From Halorhodospira halophila SL1 (GTDB lineage: Bacteria > Pseudomonadota > Gammaproteobacteria > Nitrococcales > Halorhodospiraceae), in contig NC_008789.1 of the NCBI RefSeq assembly GCF_000015585.1, positions 1,020,001-1,052,000 of the forward strand: a stretch of 32,000 bases of DNA, written 5' to 3'. Below, in pieces: positions 17,602-29,278 of the stretch. How positions within the stretch are numbered: the stretch's first letter is position 1; every line of letters starts with the position of its first letter. The translations under genes were made by a program, and so were the position numbers. The notes beneath the pieces were generated by a model. That model saw nothing but the letters and a program-made list of their open reading frames with translations. It searched no databases and was not told the DNA's origin.

Positions 17602-18178
17602 CCTCCGGGAAAAAGACTTCGGTTACCAGCAGCCGCCGTCCGGCCACGGACAGCGTCGAGCGCCGCGCCCAGCCCCCGGCCGGCGATGGCAGGCCGTGGC
17701 CACGCAGCCAGCGGACCAGCGGCTCGCGGCCCCTGAGCCGCGCCACCGCAAGCGGGCCACGCTGCACATCGGCCGCCGAGAAGAGCAGTCGGCCCAGGGG
17801 GCGCTCGCCCAGCCGCGGCAGCCGCGCCAGCGGCCCGAGCAGACGATCCGGCACGATGCTGCGGGCGTAGATGGTCGGACCACCCTCGCAGTCGAGCACG
17901 ACCTCCCGCAACCAGGCGTGTCGCCCCACCGGGAGCTCGAGGGCGACCCCCTCATCCGGGGCCGGTCGCTGCCAGGCCTCGCGCAGCACGTGGACGCGGA
18001 CCGGCCCCAGACGCTCGAGACGCGCCGTCAACGAGCCGCGCTCGGTGAGCAACCGCTGCACCGCCGGCGCGGGCCGGCCCGGGACCACGGCCACCCCGGG
18101 CCGCCAGGCTGCTGCCTGGGGCTGCCAGGCGGCGTGTTCCCTCACCCCGTTTGCCACTGCGAATCCATCACCCGTCAT
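17582..18178 (-). CDS. ubiC: Chorismate pyruvate-lyase
   Basis: [16 protein letters not shown]...VHVLRE...WLREVVL and TEVFFP lie immediately upstream of ubiA. I chose the ATG at 18178, just after the recG stop. The GTG at 18226 is an alternative. Confidence 0.8.
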   Translation of the reverse strand: MTGDGFAVANGVREHAAWQPQAAAWRPGVAVVPGRPAPAVQRLLTERGSLTARLERLGPVRVHVLREAWQRPAPDEGVALELPVGRHAWLREVVLDCEGGPTIYARSIVPDRLLGPLARLPRLGERPLGRLLFSAADVQRGPLAVARLRGREPLVRWLRGHGLPSPAGGWARRSTLSVAGRRLLVTEVFFPEGVEGER

Positions 18179-18189
18179 TGCGGAACCGG

Positions 18190-20265
18190 TCACACCTGCC
18201 CATAGCGCTCGGCCTCGCCGACCCACCGACGGATCAGCTGCTCGGCGGTCCCCGGGGCCTGCTCGAGGAGTTCGGCCCCCACCTGCTGGACCGCCTCCAG
18301 CAGGTCCGCATCACGGCGCAGGTCGGCCACGCGCAGGCTCAGCGCCCCGGTTTGCCGGGTGCCCAGCAGCTCCCCGGGGCCGCGGATGTCCAGATCCCGC
18401 CGGGCGATGGCGAACCCATCGTCGGTCTCTCGCAACACGGCGAGCCGCTGCCGGGCGCTCTCGGACAGCGGCCCATGATACATGAGCACACAAGTCGACG
18501 CCGCGCGACCACGGCCCACCCGCCCGCGCAGCTGATGGAGCTGGGCCAGGCCGAGGCGCTCGGCGTTATCGATGACCATGAGACTGGCGTTAGGCACGTC
18601 GACCCCCACCTCGATCACCGTGGTGGCCACCAGCAGCGCCACCTCGCCCTGGGCGAAGGCCGCCATGGTGCGCTCCTTCTCCGCGGGGGACATGCGGCCG
18701 TGGACCAGGGCCACCCGGTGGGCATCGCCCACCGCCCGATCGAGTTCCGCGGCGGTATCCTCGGCAGCCTGGGCCTCGAGTTCGTCCGAGGCCTCGATCA
18801 GGGTGCAGACCCAGTACGCCTGGCGGCCCTCGTCGAGGGCGGCGCGGATGCGCGCGATGACCTCGGCGCGGCGCCGCTCGGCCACCACCACCGTCTTCAC
18901 CGGGGTCCGCCCGGGGGGGCGCTCGTCGAGCGAGGAGACGTCCAGGTCGGCGTAGGCGGTCATGGCCAACGTCCGGGGGATGGGGGTGGCGGTCATGGTC
19001 AGCTGATGCGGCTCGGCGCCACCGCCCTTGTCCTTGAGCGCCAGGCGCTGGTGCACCCCGAAGCGGTGCTGCTCGTCCACCACCACCAGCCCCAGGCGGC
19101 GGAACTGCACCTCCTCCTGGAACAGCGCGTGGGTGCCCACGGCGATCCCGGCCCGCCCCTCGGCCAGGCGCTGACGCGCCGCCCGGCGCTCGGCCGCCGG
19201 GGCACCCCCGGAGAGCCAGGCGACCTCCACGCCCAGCGGCTGGAACCAGCCCTGCAGGCTGCGGCAGTGCTGCTCGGCGAGCAGCTCGGTGGGCGCCATC
19301 AGCGCCGCCTGGTAGCCACTGCCGACGGCGCGCGCGCAGGCCAGAGCCGCCACCACGGTCTTACCCGAGCCGACGTCGCCCTGGAGCAGGCGCAGCATCG
19401 GCATCGAGCGGGCCATGTCTTCAGCCAGCTCGCCATCCACCCGCTGCTGGGCACCCGTCAGCGCGAAGGGCAGGCTCTGCAGCAGACGCTGGGCCAGCGC
19501 CTCGCCCTGGTCCAAGGGCGGGGCGCCGGCCTCCGAGCGGAGCGCCTGGCGCCGGCGACGCAGGGTCAGGTGGTGGGCGAGGAGCTCCTCGCAGGCCACG
19601 CGGCGCACCGCGGGATGGGTGCCGGCGAGCAGGGTCTCGGTGTCGGCCTCCGGCGGCGGCCGGTGGACGGTCCGCAGCGCCTCGGCCAGGGACGGCCACT
19701 GCGGATCCACGCGAGCGGCATCGGGCAGGCACTCCGGGGCCGCCCCGGGGAGGAGGCTCAGGGCGGCGTCGACCAGCTTGCGCAGCTGCCCCTGGTGAAG
19801 GCCGTCGGTGCTGGCATAGACCGGGGTCAGGGCCTCCTCGCCGGGGCCGTCGGCGTCCCCGGGGGCCACCCGCTGGTGCTCCGGGTGGGCCATTTGCAGG
19901 CCGCCGTAGCCGGCCCGGACCTCGCCGAAACAGCGCAGCACCACGCCGCGGCTGAGGCGCTCGGCCTGGCGCGGATGGAAGTGGAAGAAGACCAGATCAA
20001 GCTGCCCGGTGCCGTCGCTAAGCCGGCACAACAGCCGCTTGCGCCGACCCCGTGCCACCTCGGACCACTCCACCCGCCCCTCGATCAGCACCCGCTCGCC
20101 CGGCTGCAGGCCGCCGATGGGCCGCAGTCGGGTGCGGTCCTCGTAGCGGATGGGGCGGTGCAGCAGCAGGTCGCCCACCGTGTGCAGGCCCAGCCGTGCC
20201 AGGCGTTCGGCCAGGCGCGGCCCGACGCCCGGCAGGCTGGTCAGCCGCCGCTGTGCCCCGTCCAC
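18190..20265 (-). CDS. recG: ATP-dependent DNA helicase RecG
   Basis: LTSLPGVGPRLAERLARLGLHTVGDLLLHRPIRYEDRT, Walker A LLQGDVGSGKT, the VVVDEQHRFGV box, and GQLHQLRGRVGRG. Confidence 0.96.
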   Translation of the reverse strand: MDGAQRRLTSLPGVGPRLAERLARLGLHTVGDLLLHRPIRYEDRTRLRPIGGLQPGERVLIEGRVEWSEVARGRRKRLLCRLSDGTGQLDLVFFHFHPRQAERLSRGVVLRCFGEVRAGYGGLQMAHPEHQRVAPGDADGPGEEALTPVYASTDGLHQGQLRKLVDAALSLLPGAAPECLPDAARVDPQWPSLAEALRTVHRPPPEADTETLLAGTHPAVRRVACEELLAHHLTLRRRRQALRSEAGAPPLDQGEALAQRLLQSLPFALTGAQQRVDGELAEDMARSMPMLRLLQGDVGSGKTVVAALACARAVGSGYQAALMAPTELLAEQHCRSLQGWFQPLGVEVAWLSGGAPAAERRAARQRLAEGRAGIAVGTHALFQEEVQFRRLGLVVVDEQHRFGVHQRLALKDKGGGAEPHQLTMTATPIPRTLAMTAYADLDVSSLDERPPGRTPVKTVVVAERRRAEVIARIRAALDEGRQAYWVCTLIEASDELEAQAAEDTAAELDRAVGDAHRVALVHGRMSPAEKERTMAAFAQGEVALLVATTVIEVGVDVPNASLMVIDNAERLGLAQLHQLRGRVGRGRAASTCVLMYHGPLSESARQRLAVLRETDDGFAIARRDLDIRGPGELLGTRQTGALSLRVADLRRDADLLEAVQQVGAELLEQAPGTAEQLIRRWVGEAERYGQV

Positions 20266-20274
20266 GGCCGGGCT

Positions 20275-20667
20275 TCAGCCCTCCCGGGGCAGATAGAGGA
20301 CGGCGTCCATCTCCACCGCGGCCCCCTTGGGCAACGCGGCGACGCCGATGGCTGCCCGCGAGGGGTAGGGCTCGGAGAGGTACTGCGTCATGACCTCGTT
20401 GACCAGCGCGAAGTGGCTCAGGTCGGTGAGGTAGATGGCGATGCGCACGGCGTCGGCCAGGCTGCCGCCGGCGGCCTCGGCCACGGCACCGAGGTTGTCG
20501 AAGACCCGGGCCACCTGGCTGTTCATGTCGGCACCCACCAGCTCGCCGGTCTGCGGGTCCAGCGGGATCTGCCCGGAGATGTAGACGAAGTCGCCGGCGC
20601 GCACCGCCTGGCTGTAGGGACCAATGGCGGCCGGGGCGGCGTCGGTGTGGATGATTTCTCGGGACAT
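20275..20667 (-). CDS. ridA: RidA (YjgF/TdcF) family reactive-intermediate deaminase
   Basis: [12 protein letters not shown]...[22 protein letters not shown] and [12 protein letters not shown]. Confidence 0.92.
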   Translation of the reverse strand: MSREIIHTDAAPAAIGPYSQAVRAGDFVYISGQIPLDPQTGELVGADMNSQVARVFDNLGAVAEAAGGSLADAVRIAIYLTDLSHFALVNEVMTQYLSEPYPSRAAIGVAALPKGAAVEMDAVLYLPREG

Positions 20668-20682
20668 GCGCGATCTCTCTCC

Positions 20683-22872
20683 TTAGCCGTCTTTCTTGCG
20701 CACGATGCGCTGCACCGGGGGCATCGCCCGCAGATGGCGCACCACGGCCGCCAGGTGGCGGCGGTCACGAACCAGGATCAGGAAGCGGACGGTGGCGATC
20801 ATGCCGTCGCGCTCCTCGATGGTCACGTTCTCGATGCTCGCCCCTTGCGCCGAGATCCCGTGGGCGAGCTGAGCCAGGGCGCCACGCTCGTTGACCACGT
20901 CGATGCCGATCAGGGTGGGGAACTCGGCATCGACGTCGGCCTCCCAGTCCACGTCCACCCAGCTCTCGGAACGCTTGCGCTGACTGGCCACGTTCTTGCA
21001 ATCACGGTGGTGGATGACCACGCCACGACCGGTGCTGACGAAGCCGACGATCGGGTCGCCGGGGATCGGCCGGCAGCAGCGCGCGAAGGAGACCACCGTG
21101 CCCTCGTTGCCGCGGATGGTCAGGGTCCCGTGGGGCTCGGGCTCCTCGGGGCGCTCTTCCAGCTCGGCCTCGCCCTGCTCGAGACCACTGAGCTGCTGCG
21201 CCACCAGCCACGGCACCCGGTTGCCCAGACCGACATCGCGGAACAGGTCGTCGAGACTGGCGAGGCCCGTGCCGGCCAGGGCCTCGTCGACGCGCGCCGG
21301 GTCGAGGGCGTCGAGATCCACCGACAACGCCGAGAGGGCGCGCTCGACCATGCGCCGGCCGAGCTCGATGGCCTCGTCGTCGCGCAGCCGCTTGAGGGCG
21401 TGACGGATGGCGGTGCGCGCCTTGGCGGTCACCACGAAATCCAGCCAGACCGGATTGGGCCGCCCCACCGGGGCGGTGATGATCTCGACCATCTGCCCGC
21501 TCTGCAGCGGCGTACGCAGTGGCGTGAGGCGGTGGTCGACCTTGGCGGCGATGCAGGAGTTACCCACGTCAGAGTGGATGGCGTAGGCCAGATCCACCGG
21601 GGTGGCATTGCTCGGCAGCTCGAGGATGTCGCCCTTGGGGGTGAAGACGTAGATCTCGTCGGGGACCAGGTCGATCTTGACGCTCTCGATGAACTCCTCG
21701 GACGTGCCGACACTGCGCTGCATCTCAAGCAGGTCCTTGACCCACTGCCGGGCACGGACCTGGGCCGTGTTACCGCTCTCGCCGGCATCCTTATAGAACC
21801 AGTGGGCGGCGATGCCCGACTCGGCCACGGCGTGCATATCCCGGGTGCGGATCTGCGCCTCGAGGCGGATGCGATGCGGCCCGACCAGCGTGGTGTGCAG
21901 CGACTGGTAGCCGTTGGCCTTGGGGATGGCGATGTAGTCCTTGATGCGCCCCGGGCGCGGCTTGTAGAGCCCGTGCAGGATGCCGAGGACGCGGTAGCAC
22001 TCGTCCACCGTGTCCACCACCACCCGGAAGCCGTAGACGTCGAAGACGTCGCGGAAGTTGAGCTGTTTCTGGGCCATCTTGCAGTAGATGGACCACAGAT
22101 GCTTCTCACGCCCGACCACCTCGGCCTGGATCCCAGCCTGCTCCAGGCGGGTGCGCACCTGGTCGCAGACGGTGTCGAGGATCACCCCGCGCCGCCCCCG
22201 CTGGCGGGCGAGCTTCTCCTTGAGCGCCCGGTAGCGCAGCGGGTAGTGCGCGGCAAAGCCCAGGTCCTCGAGCTCGGTGCGCAGGCTGTTGATGCCCAGC
22301 CGCTGGGCGATGGGGGCGTAGATGTCGAGGGTCTCGCGGGCGATGCGGCGGCGCTTCTCCGGACGCATGATCCAGATCGTGCGCATGTTGTGGAGGCGGT
22401 CGGCGAGCTTGATGAGGATGACGCGGATGTCCTTGGCCATGGCCAGGATCATCTTGCGGAAGCTCTCCGCCTGGGCCTCTTCCTTGCTCTGGAAGTCGAT
22501 GGCGCCGAGCTTGGAGACTCCGTCCACCAGCTCGGCCACCTGCTCGCCGAAGCGCTCGGCGATCCGCTCCTTGGCGGTGGGCGTATCCTCGATGACGTCG
22601 TGGAGCAGCGCGGCTACAACGGCCTCGGCATCCAGGCGCATCTCGGCGAGGATGCGGGCCACGGCGATCGGGTGGGTGATGTAGGGCTCGCCGGAGCGGC
22701 GCCGCTGCCCCTCGTGGGCGGCGGCGCTGAAACGGTAGGCGTCGTAGACCTGCTCGATCTGGTGGGGCTCGAGGTAGCGCTCGAGTAGCGCACAAACCTC
22801 CTGAACGCGCCGCTCCGGGTCGGAAGCCGACGCCGATTCACCGGCGTTGATGACACTCGCGGCGCGCGCCAT
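20683..22872 (-). CDS. spoT: Bifunctional (p)ppGpp synthetase / pyrophosphohydrolase
   Basis: HD hydrolase domain (HEGQRRRSGEPYITHPIAVA, LHDVIEDT), synthetase domain (GYQSLHTTL) and TGS/ACT C-terminal regions. The gene lies directly downstream of rpoZ. Confidence 0.96.
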   Translation of the reverse strand: MARAASVINAGESASASDPERRVQEVCALLERYLEPHQIEQVYDAYRFSAAAHEGQRRRSGEPYITHPIAVARILAEMRLDAEAVVAALLHDVIEDTPTAKERIAERFGEQVAELVDGVSKLGAIDFQSKEEAQAESFRKMILAMAKDIRVILIKLADRLHNMRTIWIMRPEKRRRIARETLDIYAPIAQRLGINSLRTELEDLGFAAHYPLRYRALKEKLARQRGRRGVILDTVCDQVRTRLEQAGIQAEVVGREKHLWSIYCKMAQKQLNFRDVFDVYGFRVVVDTVDECYRVLGILHGLYKPRPGRIKDYIAIPKANGYQSLHTTLVGPHRIRLEAQIRTRDMHAVAESGIAAHWFYKDAGESGNTAQVRARQWVKDLLEMQRSVGTSEEFIESVKIDLVPDEIYVFTPKGDILELPSNATPVDLAYAIHSDVGNSCIAAKVDHRLTPLRTPLQSGQMVEIITAPVGRPNPVWLDFVVTAKARTAIRHALKRLRDDEAIELGRRMVERALSALSVDLDALDPARVDEALAGTGLASLDDLFRDVGLGNRVPWLVAQQLSGLEQGEAELEERPEEPEPHGTLTIRGNEGTVVSFARCCRPIPGDPIVGFVSTGRGVVIHHRDCKNVASQRKRSESWVDVDWEADVDAEFPTLIGIDVVNERGALAQLAHGISAQGASIENVTIEERDGMIATVRFLILVRDRRHLAAVVRHLRAMPPVQRIVRKKDG

Positions 22873-22892
22873 ACATTTCCCGGACCGGTCTC

Positions 22893-23264
22893 TCAGGTTG
22901 TCGGATCGGGATCGCCAGACCCCTGGGCGGTGCCGTCGGCCGCCTCGTCGAAGGCGCGCTCCTGGCTGGCGCCGGGATCCGGCTGCACCGGGCCGCCACC
23001 CACTTCGGCCTCGACGTCGGCGGTGCTGAAGCCGCCCAGACTCAGGCTATCCGCCGCGCTCTCTTCGGTGCTGGTCAGGATCTCCGAGGTGACGTGGCCA
23101 GCGGCGATCTCGCGCAGCGCCACCACGGTCGGCTTGTCGTTCTCCCAATCGACCAGCGGCTCGATGCCCTTGGCCAGCTGACGCGCGCGCTTGGCGCCGG
23201 CGAGCACGAGCTCGAAGCGGTTGTCTACGTTGTCCAGGCAATCTTCTACGGTGACGCGAGCCAT
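22893..23264 (-). CDS. rpoZ: RNA polymerase omega subunit with a long acidic C-terminal tail
   Basis: [40 protein letters not shown] is present. The protein is 123 aa, against roughly 90 aa in the enteric and Pseudomonas proteins I recall. Confidence 0.95.
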   Translation of the reverse strand: MARVTVEDCLDNVDNRFELVLAGAKRARQLAKGIEPLVDWENDKPTVVALREIAAGHVTSEILTSTEESAADSLSLGGFSTADVEAEVGGGPVQPDPGASQERAFDEAADGTAQGSGDPDPTT

Positions 23265-23300
23265 CGCGCTCCTCCAGACACAATTCAGCAGTTTGACATG

Positions 23301-24527
23301 TTATTTTAGCGCGTTGCCGCCGTGCGAGGAAGGTGCACTGCCCCCGGAACCCGGATCCGGCGGGCCGGGGAGCAGCTCGAGCAGCAGGGTATCGAGCATC
23401 TCGTAGCCGGCGGCGCTGGCCCGAATCCGCCCGCCACGCCACTCCAGCCAGCCGCCGGCACACAGGGGCGCCAGCCAGTCGCGCAATGCCGGCAGGCTGC
23501 AGCCACTGCGCGCCACCGCCAGTCGTTCCGGAAGCCCCTCACGCAGGCGCAGCCCGTTGAGCAGGACCTCAAAGGCCTGCTCCGACGGTGTCAGCTCAAT
23601 ACACTCAGCCTCGACCCGGGCGCTGCCGACGGCGGCCATCCAGGCCCGCGGCGAGCGGCGCTGGCGGGTGCGCAGCACCCGGCCGTCGGCGCCGGTCCGC
23701 TTGCCGGCCGCCCCGGCGCCCAGGCCCAGGTAGTCGCCGAAGGTCCAGTAACCGAGATTGTGGACGCTGCGCTGCCCGGGGCGGGCGAAGGCCGAGACCT
23801 CGTAACGCTCCAGACCGGCCTGCGCCAGCCGCTGCCGGCACACCGCCTCCATCTCCAGCACCGTCTCCTCGTCGGGCAGACCCGGAGGTGGGCGGCGCCC
23901 AAAGGGCGTCTCCGGCTCGATGGTCAGCTGATAATGGCTGACGTGGTCGGCCCCCAGCGCGATGACTCCGGCCACGTCGGCCTCGGCCCCGGTGACCCCC
24001 TGCCCGGGCAGGCCGTACATGACGTCGGCGTTGATACCGCGGAACCCGACGGCATACGCCTCAGCCACGGCCTCGCGCGCGGCGACGGCGTCGTGGATCC
24101 GCCCCAGGCGGGCCAGCAGCGTGTCGTCCAGGCTCTGCACCCCCAGGGACAGACGGGTCACCCCGGCCTGCCGGAACCCCCGCAGCCGCGCGTTCTCGCT
24201 GGCGCCTGGGTTGGCCTCCAGGGTGATCTCTGCCCCCGACTCCAGGCCCAGCACCGCGTCCAGGGTGTCGAGCAGCTCGCCGATCGGACCGGGCGGGAAG
24301 AGACTCGGTGTGCCGCCCCCGATGAAGACGCTAGTCACGCGGCGCCCGAGCGCCGCCGGGGCCTGGCGGCGCAGCTCGCGCCCCAGGGCGTCCACGTAGG
24401 CCCGGGCGGGGAGCTCTCCGCGCAGGGCGTGGGCGTTGAAGTCGCAGTAGCCGCAGCGCTGCAGACACCAGGGCAGATGGATATAGACCGCCAGCGGCGG
24501 CAGCTGCGCCCCGGCGCCGAGGCTCAT
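23301..24527 (-). CDS. hemW: Radical-SAM heme chaperone HemW (YggW / HemN-like)
   Basis: VYIHLPWCLQRCGYCDFN (CxxxCxxC) and FIGGGTPS. The gene is downstream of rdgB, as in many proteobacteria. Confidence 0.9.
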   Translation of the reverse strand: MSLGAGAQLPPLAVYIHLPWCLQRCGYCDFNAHALRGELPARAYVDALGRELRRQAPAALGRRVTSVFIGGGTPSLFPPGPIGELLDTLDAVLGLESGAEITLEANPGASENARLRGFRQAGVTRLSLGVQSLDDTLLARLGRIHDAVAAREAVAEAYAVGFRGINADVMYGLPGQGVTGAEADVAGVIALGADHVSHYQLTIEPETPFGRRPPPGLPDEETVLEMEAVCRQRLAQAGLERYEVSAFARPGQRSVHNLGYWTFGDYLGLGAGAAGKRTGADGRVLRTRQRRSPRAWMAAVGSARVEAECIELTPSEQAFEVLLNGLRLREGLPERLAVARSGCSLPALRDWLAPLCAGGWLEWRGGRIRASAAGYEMLDTLLLELLPGPPDPGSGGSAPSSHGGNALK

Positions 24528-24540
24528 GGGCGCCGCCGGG

Positions 24541-25140
24541 TCACCCGGCCACCTCGGCGGCGATCCCCTGAATCAGCGCGCGCAGCGCCTGCCCGCGGTG
24601 GCTGCGTGCGTCCTTAGCGGGCGCATCCAGCTCGGCGGCGGTCTGCCCGAGTTCGGGATCCTCGAACACCGGATCATAGCCGAAGCCGTGATGGCCACGC
24701 GGCGTCTCGACGATACGCCCCGTCCAGCTACCGTGGGCGATCACCGGCGCCGGATCGGCGGCGTGGCGCAGGTAGACCATAACGCAGTGGAAGGTGCCGC
24801 GCCGGTCGCCCTGCCCGCGCTCGCTCAGCTCGGCGAGCAGGCGCTCGATGTTGGCGGCGTCGCCCGCATCGCTGCCGGCGTAGCGCGCCGAGTAGATGCC
24901 GGGCTCGCCGCCGAGCGCCGGAACGGCCAGCCCCGAGTCGTCGGCGACCGCGGGCAGGCCGCTGCGCTCGGCGCAGTGGCGCGCCTTGATCAACGCATTC
25001 TCGACGAAGGTCAGCCCGGTCTCCGCGGGCGAGTCGATGCCCAGGTGCCCCTGCCTGACCACCTCGGCGTCGTAGCCCTGGAGCATGCGGGTCATCTCGG
25101 CAAGCTTGCCGGCATTCCCGGTGGCCAGCACGATCTTCAT
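24541..25140 (-). CDS. rdgB: Non-canonical purine NTP pyrophosphatase (RdgB/HAM1)
   Basis: [29 protein letters not shown] and SHRGQAL. The ATG overlaps the rph stop (ATGA). Confidence 0.95.
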   Translation of the reverse strand: MKIVLATGNAGKLAEMTRMLQGYDAEVVRQGHLGIDSPAETGLTFVENALIKARHCAERSGLPAVADDSGLAVPALGGEPGIYSARYAGSDAGDAANIERLLAELSERGQGDRRGTFHCVMVYLRHAADPAPVIAHGSWTGRIVETPRGHHGFGYDPVFEDPELGQTAAELDAPAKDARSHRGQALRALIQGIAAEVAG

Positions 25141-25853
25141 GTCGCCAATGCCTCCTGCTGATGCTGCAACAGCTCACCCACGCCCTTCTCGGCCAGGGCC
25201 AGCATCCGATCGAGTTCATCGCGCCGGAAGGCGTGCCCCTCGGCGGTGCCCTGCAGCTCGATGAAGGCGCCGGCGTCGTTCATCACCACGTTCATGTCGG
25301 TCTCCGCCTCGCCGTCCTCGGCATAGTCCAGGTCGAGCACCGGCTCACCGCGGTAGACCCCCACGGAGACCGACGCCACCTGACCGTGGAGGGGCGACGC
25401 CGGCAGCGCGCGCTGGCGCACCAGCCCTTCCAGGGCGTCGGTCAGGGCCACGAAGGCACCGGTGATCGCCGCCGTCCGGGTCCCGCCATCGGCCTGCAGC
25501 ACGTCGCAGTCGACCACCACGCTACGCTCGCCCAGGGCCTGCAGATCGACGGCGGCGCGCAGGGAGCGGCCGATCAGCCGCTGGATCTCGACAGTCCGCC
25601 CTTGCTGCTTGCCGCGGGCCGCCTCGCGGTCGCTGCGGGTGTGGGTCGAGCGTGGCAACATGCCGTACTCGGCGGTCACCCAGCCCCGGCCCTGGCCGCG
25701 CAGCCAGGGGGGCACGCGCGCCTCGACGCTGGCCGTGCACAGCACGCGCGTATCGCCAAAGCCGATGAGCACCGAGCCCTCGGCGTGTTTGGTGAACTGG
25801 CGCTGGATGGAGATCGGGCGTAGCTCGTCGGCCCGTCGACCGCTTGGGCGCAT
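25137..25853 (-). CDS. rph: Ribonuclease PH
   Basis: [44 protein letters not shown] and [13 protein letters not shown]. The ATG at 25853 has an AGGAGG SD. The track ORF reaching 26333 is a spurious 5' extension. Confidence 0.95.
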   Translation of the reverse strand: MRPSGRRADELRPISIQRQFTKHAEGSVLIGFGDTRVLCTASVEARVPPWLRGQGRGWVTAEYGMLPRSTHTRSDREAARGKQQGRTVEIQRLIGRSLRAAVDLQALGERSVVVDCDVLQADGGTRTAAITGAFVALTDALEGLVRQRALPASPLHGQVASVSVGVYRGEPVLDLDYAEDGEAETDMNVVMNDAGAFIELQGTAEGHAFRRDELDRMLALAEKGVGELLQHQQEALAT

Positions 25854-25868
25854 AGTGCCTCCTGCATT

Positions 25869-25890
25869 CGGGGCGGCGTGCTCGCCGCCC
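25869..25890 (-). other. 9-bp GC stem-loop just upstream of the rph SD
   Basis: GGGGCGGCG (25869-25877), loop TGCT, CGCCGCCCC (25882-25890), with perfect pairing. It lies 15 nt from the rph ATG, in the rph/aer divergent region. Confidence 0.4.
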
Positions 25891-26045
25891 CCGGGGTGGT
25901 GAGTATGGACGTGACAGCCCAGGTAATGGATTATACGGGTTGGGGTTTCTGTGGCGCTGCGCTCCTGCCGCCAGGGTGGCGCACCGCACCGGCGCTGGAA
26001 AGCCGGGGAGGCGCGCGCCTGTGTCTGCCGCCCAAGGAGCGTCCC

Positions 26046-27644
26046 ATGCGCATCAACGAACCCGTTACGCAGCGCAGGGTGGCTGTCCCCCGAGGCGCCA
26101 CCATCCTCTCGACCACCGACCCGAAGGGGCGGATCACCTACGTCAACGAGGAGTTCGAGCGGATCAGCGGCTACCGCCACGATGAGCTCATCGGACAACC
26201 GCACAACCTGATTCGCCACCCGGACATGCCGCGCACGGCATTCTACGAGATGTGGGCCACGCTGCAATCCGGACGCTCCTGGATGGGCCTGGTCAAGAAC
26301 CGCTGCAAGAACGGCGACCACTACTGGGTCCACGCCTACGCGACCCCGATTCTCGACGCCCGGGGAACCATCGTCGAGATCCAGTCGGTCCGCACCGCAC
26401 CCCCCTCCGAGGCGGCGGTGGAACGCGCGGCGGCCACCTACGCCAAGGTCCGCGCCAGCGAACCGGACAAGGGCGAGGTTGGTCCGGTGCCGCGCCCGGG
26501 GCGCCGCTTCGGACTGCGCGAACGGCTGCTCGCCCTGCTCCTGCCGGCGCCTGTGGCCGCGGTGGTGGCCAGCACCGCCGGACTGGGCACCGCGGGCCTG
26601 GCGCTGGTCACCCTGACCGCCACGGCACTGGCCGCCGGCGGTGCCGTCTACCTGTGGCGCCCCCTGAACGCCGCGGTGGAAGAGGCCCGGCTGCTGATCG
26701 ACGACCCGCTAGCCGAACAGCTCTACACCAACCGTCGGGACGAAGCCGGCCGCCTGCGGCTGGCCATGCTCCAGCTGCAGACCGAGATGAGCGCCGTGCC
26801 CAAGCGTCTGGCCAGCGTCACCGAGCAGCTGCAGACGGTCCGCAACCAGGCCGGCGAGGCCATCGGCGAGGCGCGCAGTCAGGCCCAGCGGCAGACGTCC
26901 GAGACCCAGCAGGTGGCCACCGCCATGGAGGAGATGTCCCAGAGCGTCCAGGAGGTGGCCCGCAACGCCTCCATGGGGGCCGAGACCAGCGAGCAGGCGC
27001 AGACCCAGACCCACCACGGCATGCAAACGGTGCAGCAGAGCGCCGACGCCGTCCGCGAACTGGTCGAGCGGGTGCGCGGCTCCGCGGAGATCACCCATCA
27101 GCTGGCCCAGGAGACCGACCGCATCGGTGCGGCCCTGGACCTGATCCAGCAGATCACCGAGCAGACCAACCTGCTGGCGCTCAACGCGGCCATCGAGGCA
27201 GCCCGCGCCGGCGAGGTCGGCCGCGGCTTCTCGGTGGTGGCCGAGGAGGTCCGGGTCCTCGCCGACCGCACCTCGTCCTCGACCAAGGAGATCAAGGCGA
27301 TCATCGACTCCCTGCAGGAGGGCACCGAGCGCGCGGTGGCCGCCATGAACGAGAGCAGCGAGCGCGCCGAGCACACCCTCAACCTCTCCGACGAGGCCCG
27401 CGGGGCACTCGAGGCGATCAACGAGGCGGTCTCCTCCATGCAGGAGATGAGCATACAGATCGCCAGCGCCACCGAGGAGCAGAGTGCCACCGCCGGGGAG
27501 GTGAACCGCAATATCAACAACATCGACCAGCTCGCCCAGCAGGTGCAGGAGTGCACCGACCGCGCCGGCGACCGGATGGAGACCCTGACGGAAGAGATCG
27601 ACCACGCCGCACGCCTGGTGCGCCGCTTTGCCGACCAGCAATAA
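26046..27644 (+). CDS. aer: Aer-type aerotaxis / energy-taxis receptor (N-terminal FAD-type PAS, membrane hairpin, MCP signalling domain)
   Basis: The PAS motif [50 protein letters not shown] closely parallels E. coli Aer. A hydrophobic hairpin follows ([14 protein letters not shown]...[20 protein letters not shown]). The conserved MCP tip is [35 protein letters not shown]. The ATG at 26046 has an AAGGAG SD. Confidence 0.9.
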   Translation: MRINEPVTQRRVAVPRGATILSTTDPKGRITYVNEEFERISGYRHDELIGQPHNLIRHPDMPRTAFYEMWATLQSGRSWMGLVKNRCKNGDHYWVHAYATPILDARGTIVEIQSVRTAPPSEAAVERAAATYAKVRASEPDKGEVGPVPRPGRRFGLRERLLALLLPAPVAAVVASTAGLGTAGLALVTLTATALAAGGAVYLWRPLNAAVEEARLLIDDPLAEQLYTNRRDEAGRLRLAMLQLQTEMSAVPKRLASVTEQLQTVRNQAGEAIGEARSQAQRQTSETQQVATAMEEMSQSVQEVARNASMGAETSEQAQTQTHHGMQTVQQSADAVRELVERVRGSAEITHQLAQETDRIGAALDLIQQITEQTNLLALNAAIEAARAGEVGRGFSVVAEEVRVLADRTSSSTKEIKAIIDSLQEGTERAVAAMNESSERAEHTLNLSDEARGALEAINEAVSSMQEMSIQIASATEEQSATAGEVNRNINNIDQLAQQVQECTDRAGDRMETLTEEIDHAARLVRRFADQQ

Positions 27645-27678
27645 CCACCGGCGGCGTGCCCTGGCGTGAACACCGCGC

Positions 27679-27698
27679 GAGCCAGTAGCATCTGGCTC
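27679..27698 (+). terminator. Short stem-loop after aer; weak terminator candidate
   Basis: GAGCCAG (27679-27685), loop TAGCAT, CTGGCTC (27692-27698). It starts 35 nt after the aer TAA. The trailing sequence CTATCCC is not a clear U-tract. Confidence 0.3.
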
Positions 27699-27737
27699 CT
27701 ATCCCGCTGGCCGGAGAGCGCACCCTTGATCCACAGC

Positions 27738-29232
<1,495 letters not shown>

Positions 29233-29278
29233 GCGGCCGCGGGGGCACGGGGCCCAGCCGGCGGCGACATCGGGCGCG

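Noticed and set aside
210-17736. Many other long ORFs antisense to or out of frame with annotated genes. Examples: 210..1064-, 769..2061+, 2028..2822-, 3663..4532-, 4631..5713-, 5815..6462-, 7330..8211-, 8544..9731-, 11089..12222+, 12147..13586+, 13432..14637+, 14940..15917+, 16687..17736+. Further along: 23322..24617+, 25161..25823+, 26709..27641-, 28558..29199-, 29771..30337-
   Set aside because: Each lies on top of a gene with clear family motifs. Their translations are Arg/Gly/Ala/Pro-rich low complexity with no recognisable domains. These are typical high-GC shadow ORFs.
18151-22788. A 1545-codon plus-strand ORF spanning the antisense of ubiC (its 5' end), recG, ridA and most of spoT
   Set aside because: It is in exact codon register with all three minus-strand genes: the low coordinates 18190, 20275, 20683 and 18151 are all congruent mod 3. 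In that register an antisense stop can only arise from a sense TTA, CTA or TCA codon, and these are essentially unused at this G+C content. The ORF ends at 22786-22788, exactly where spoT uses a CTA leucine. Its translation is low-complexity (G/A/R/L/V/H/D/Q) with no motifs. This is a codon-bias shadow, not a gene.
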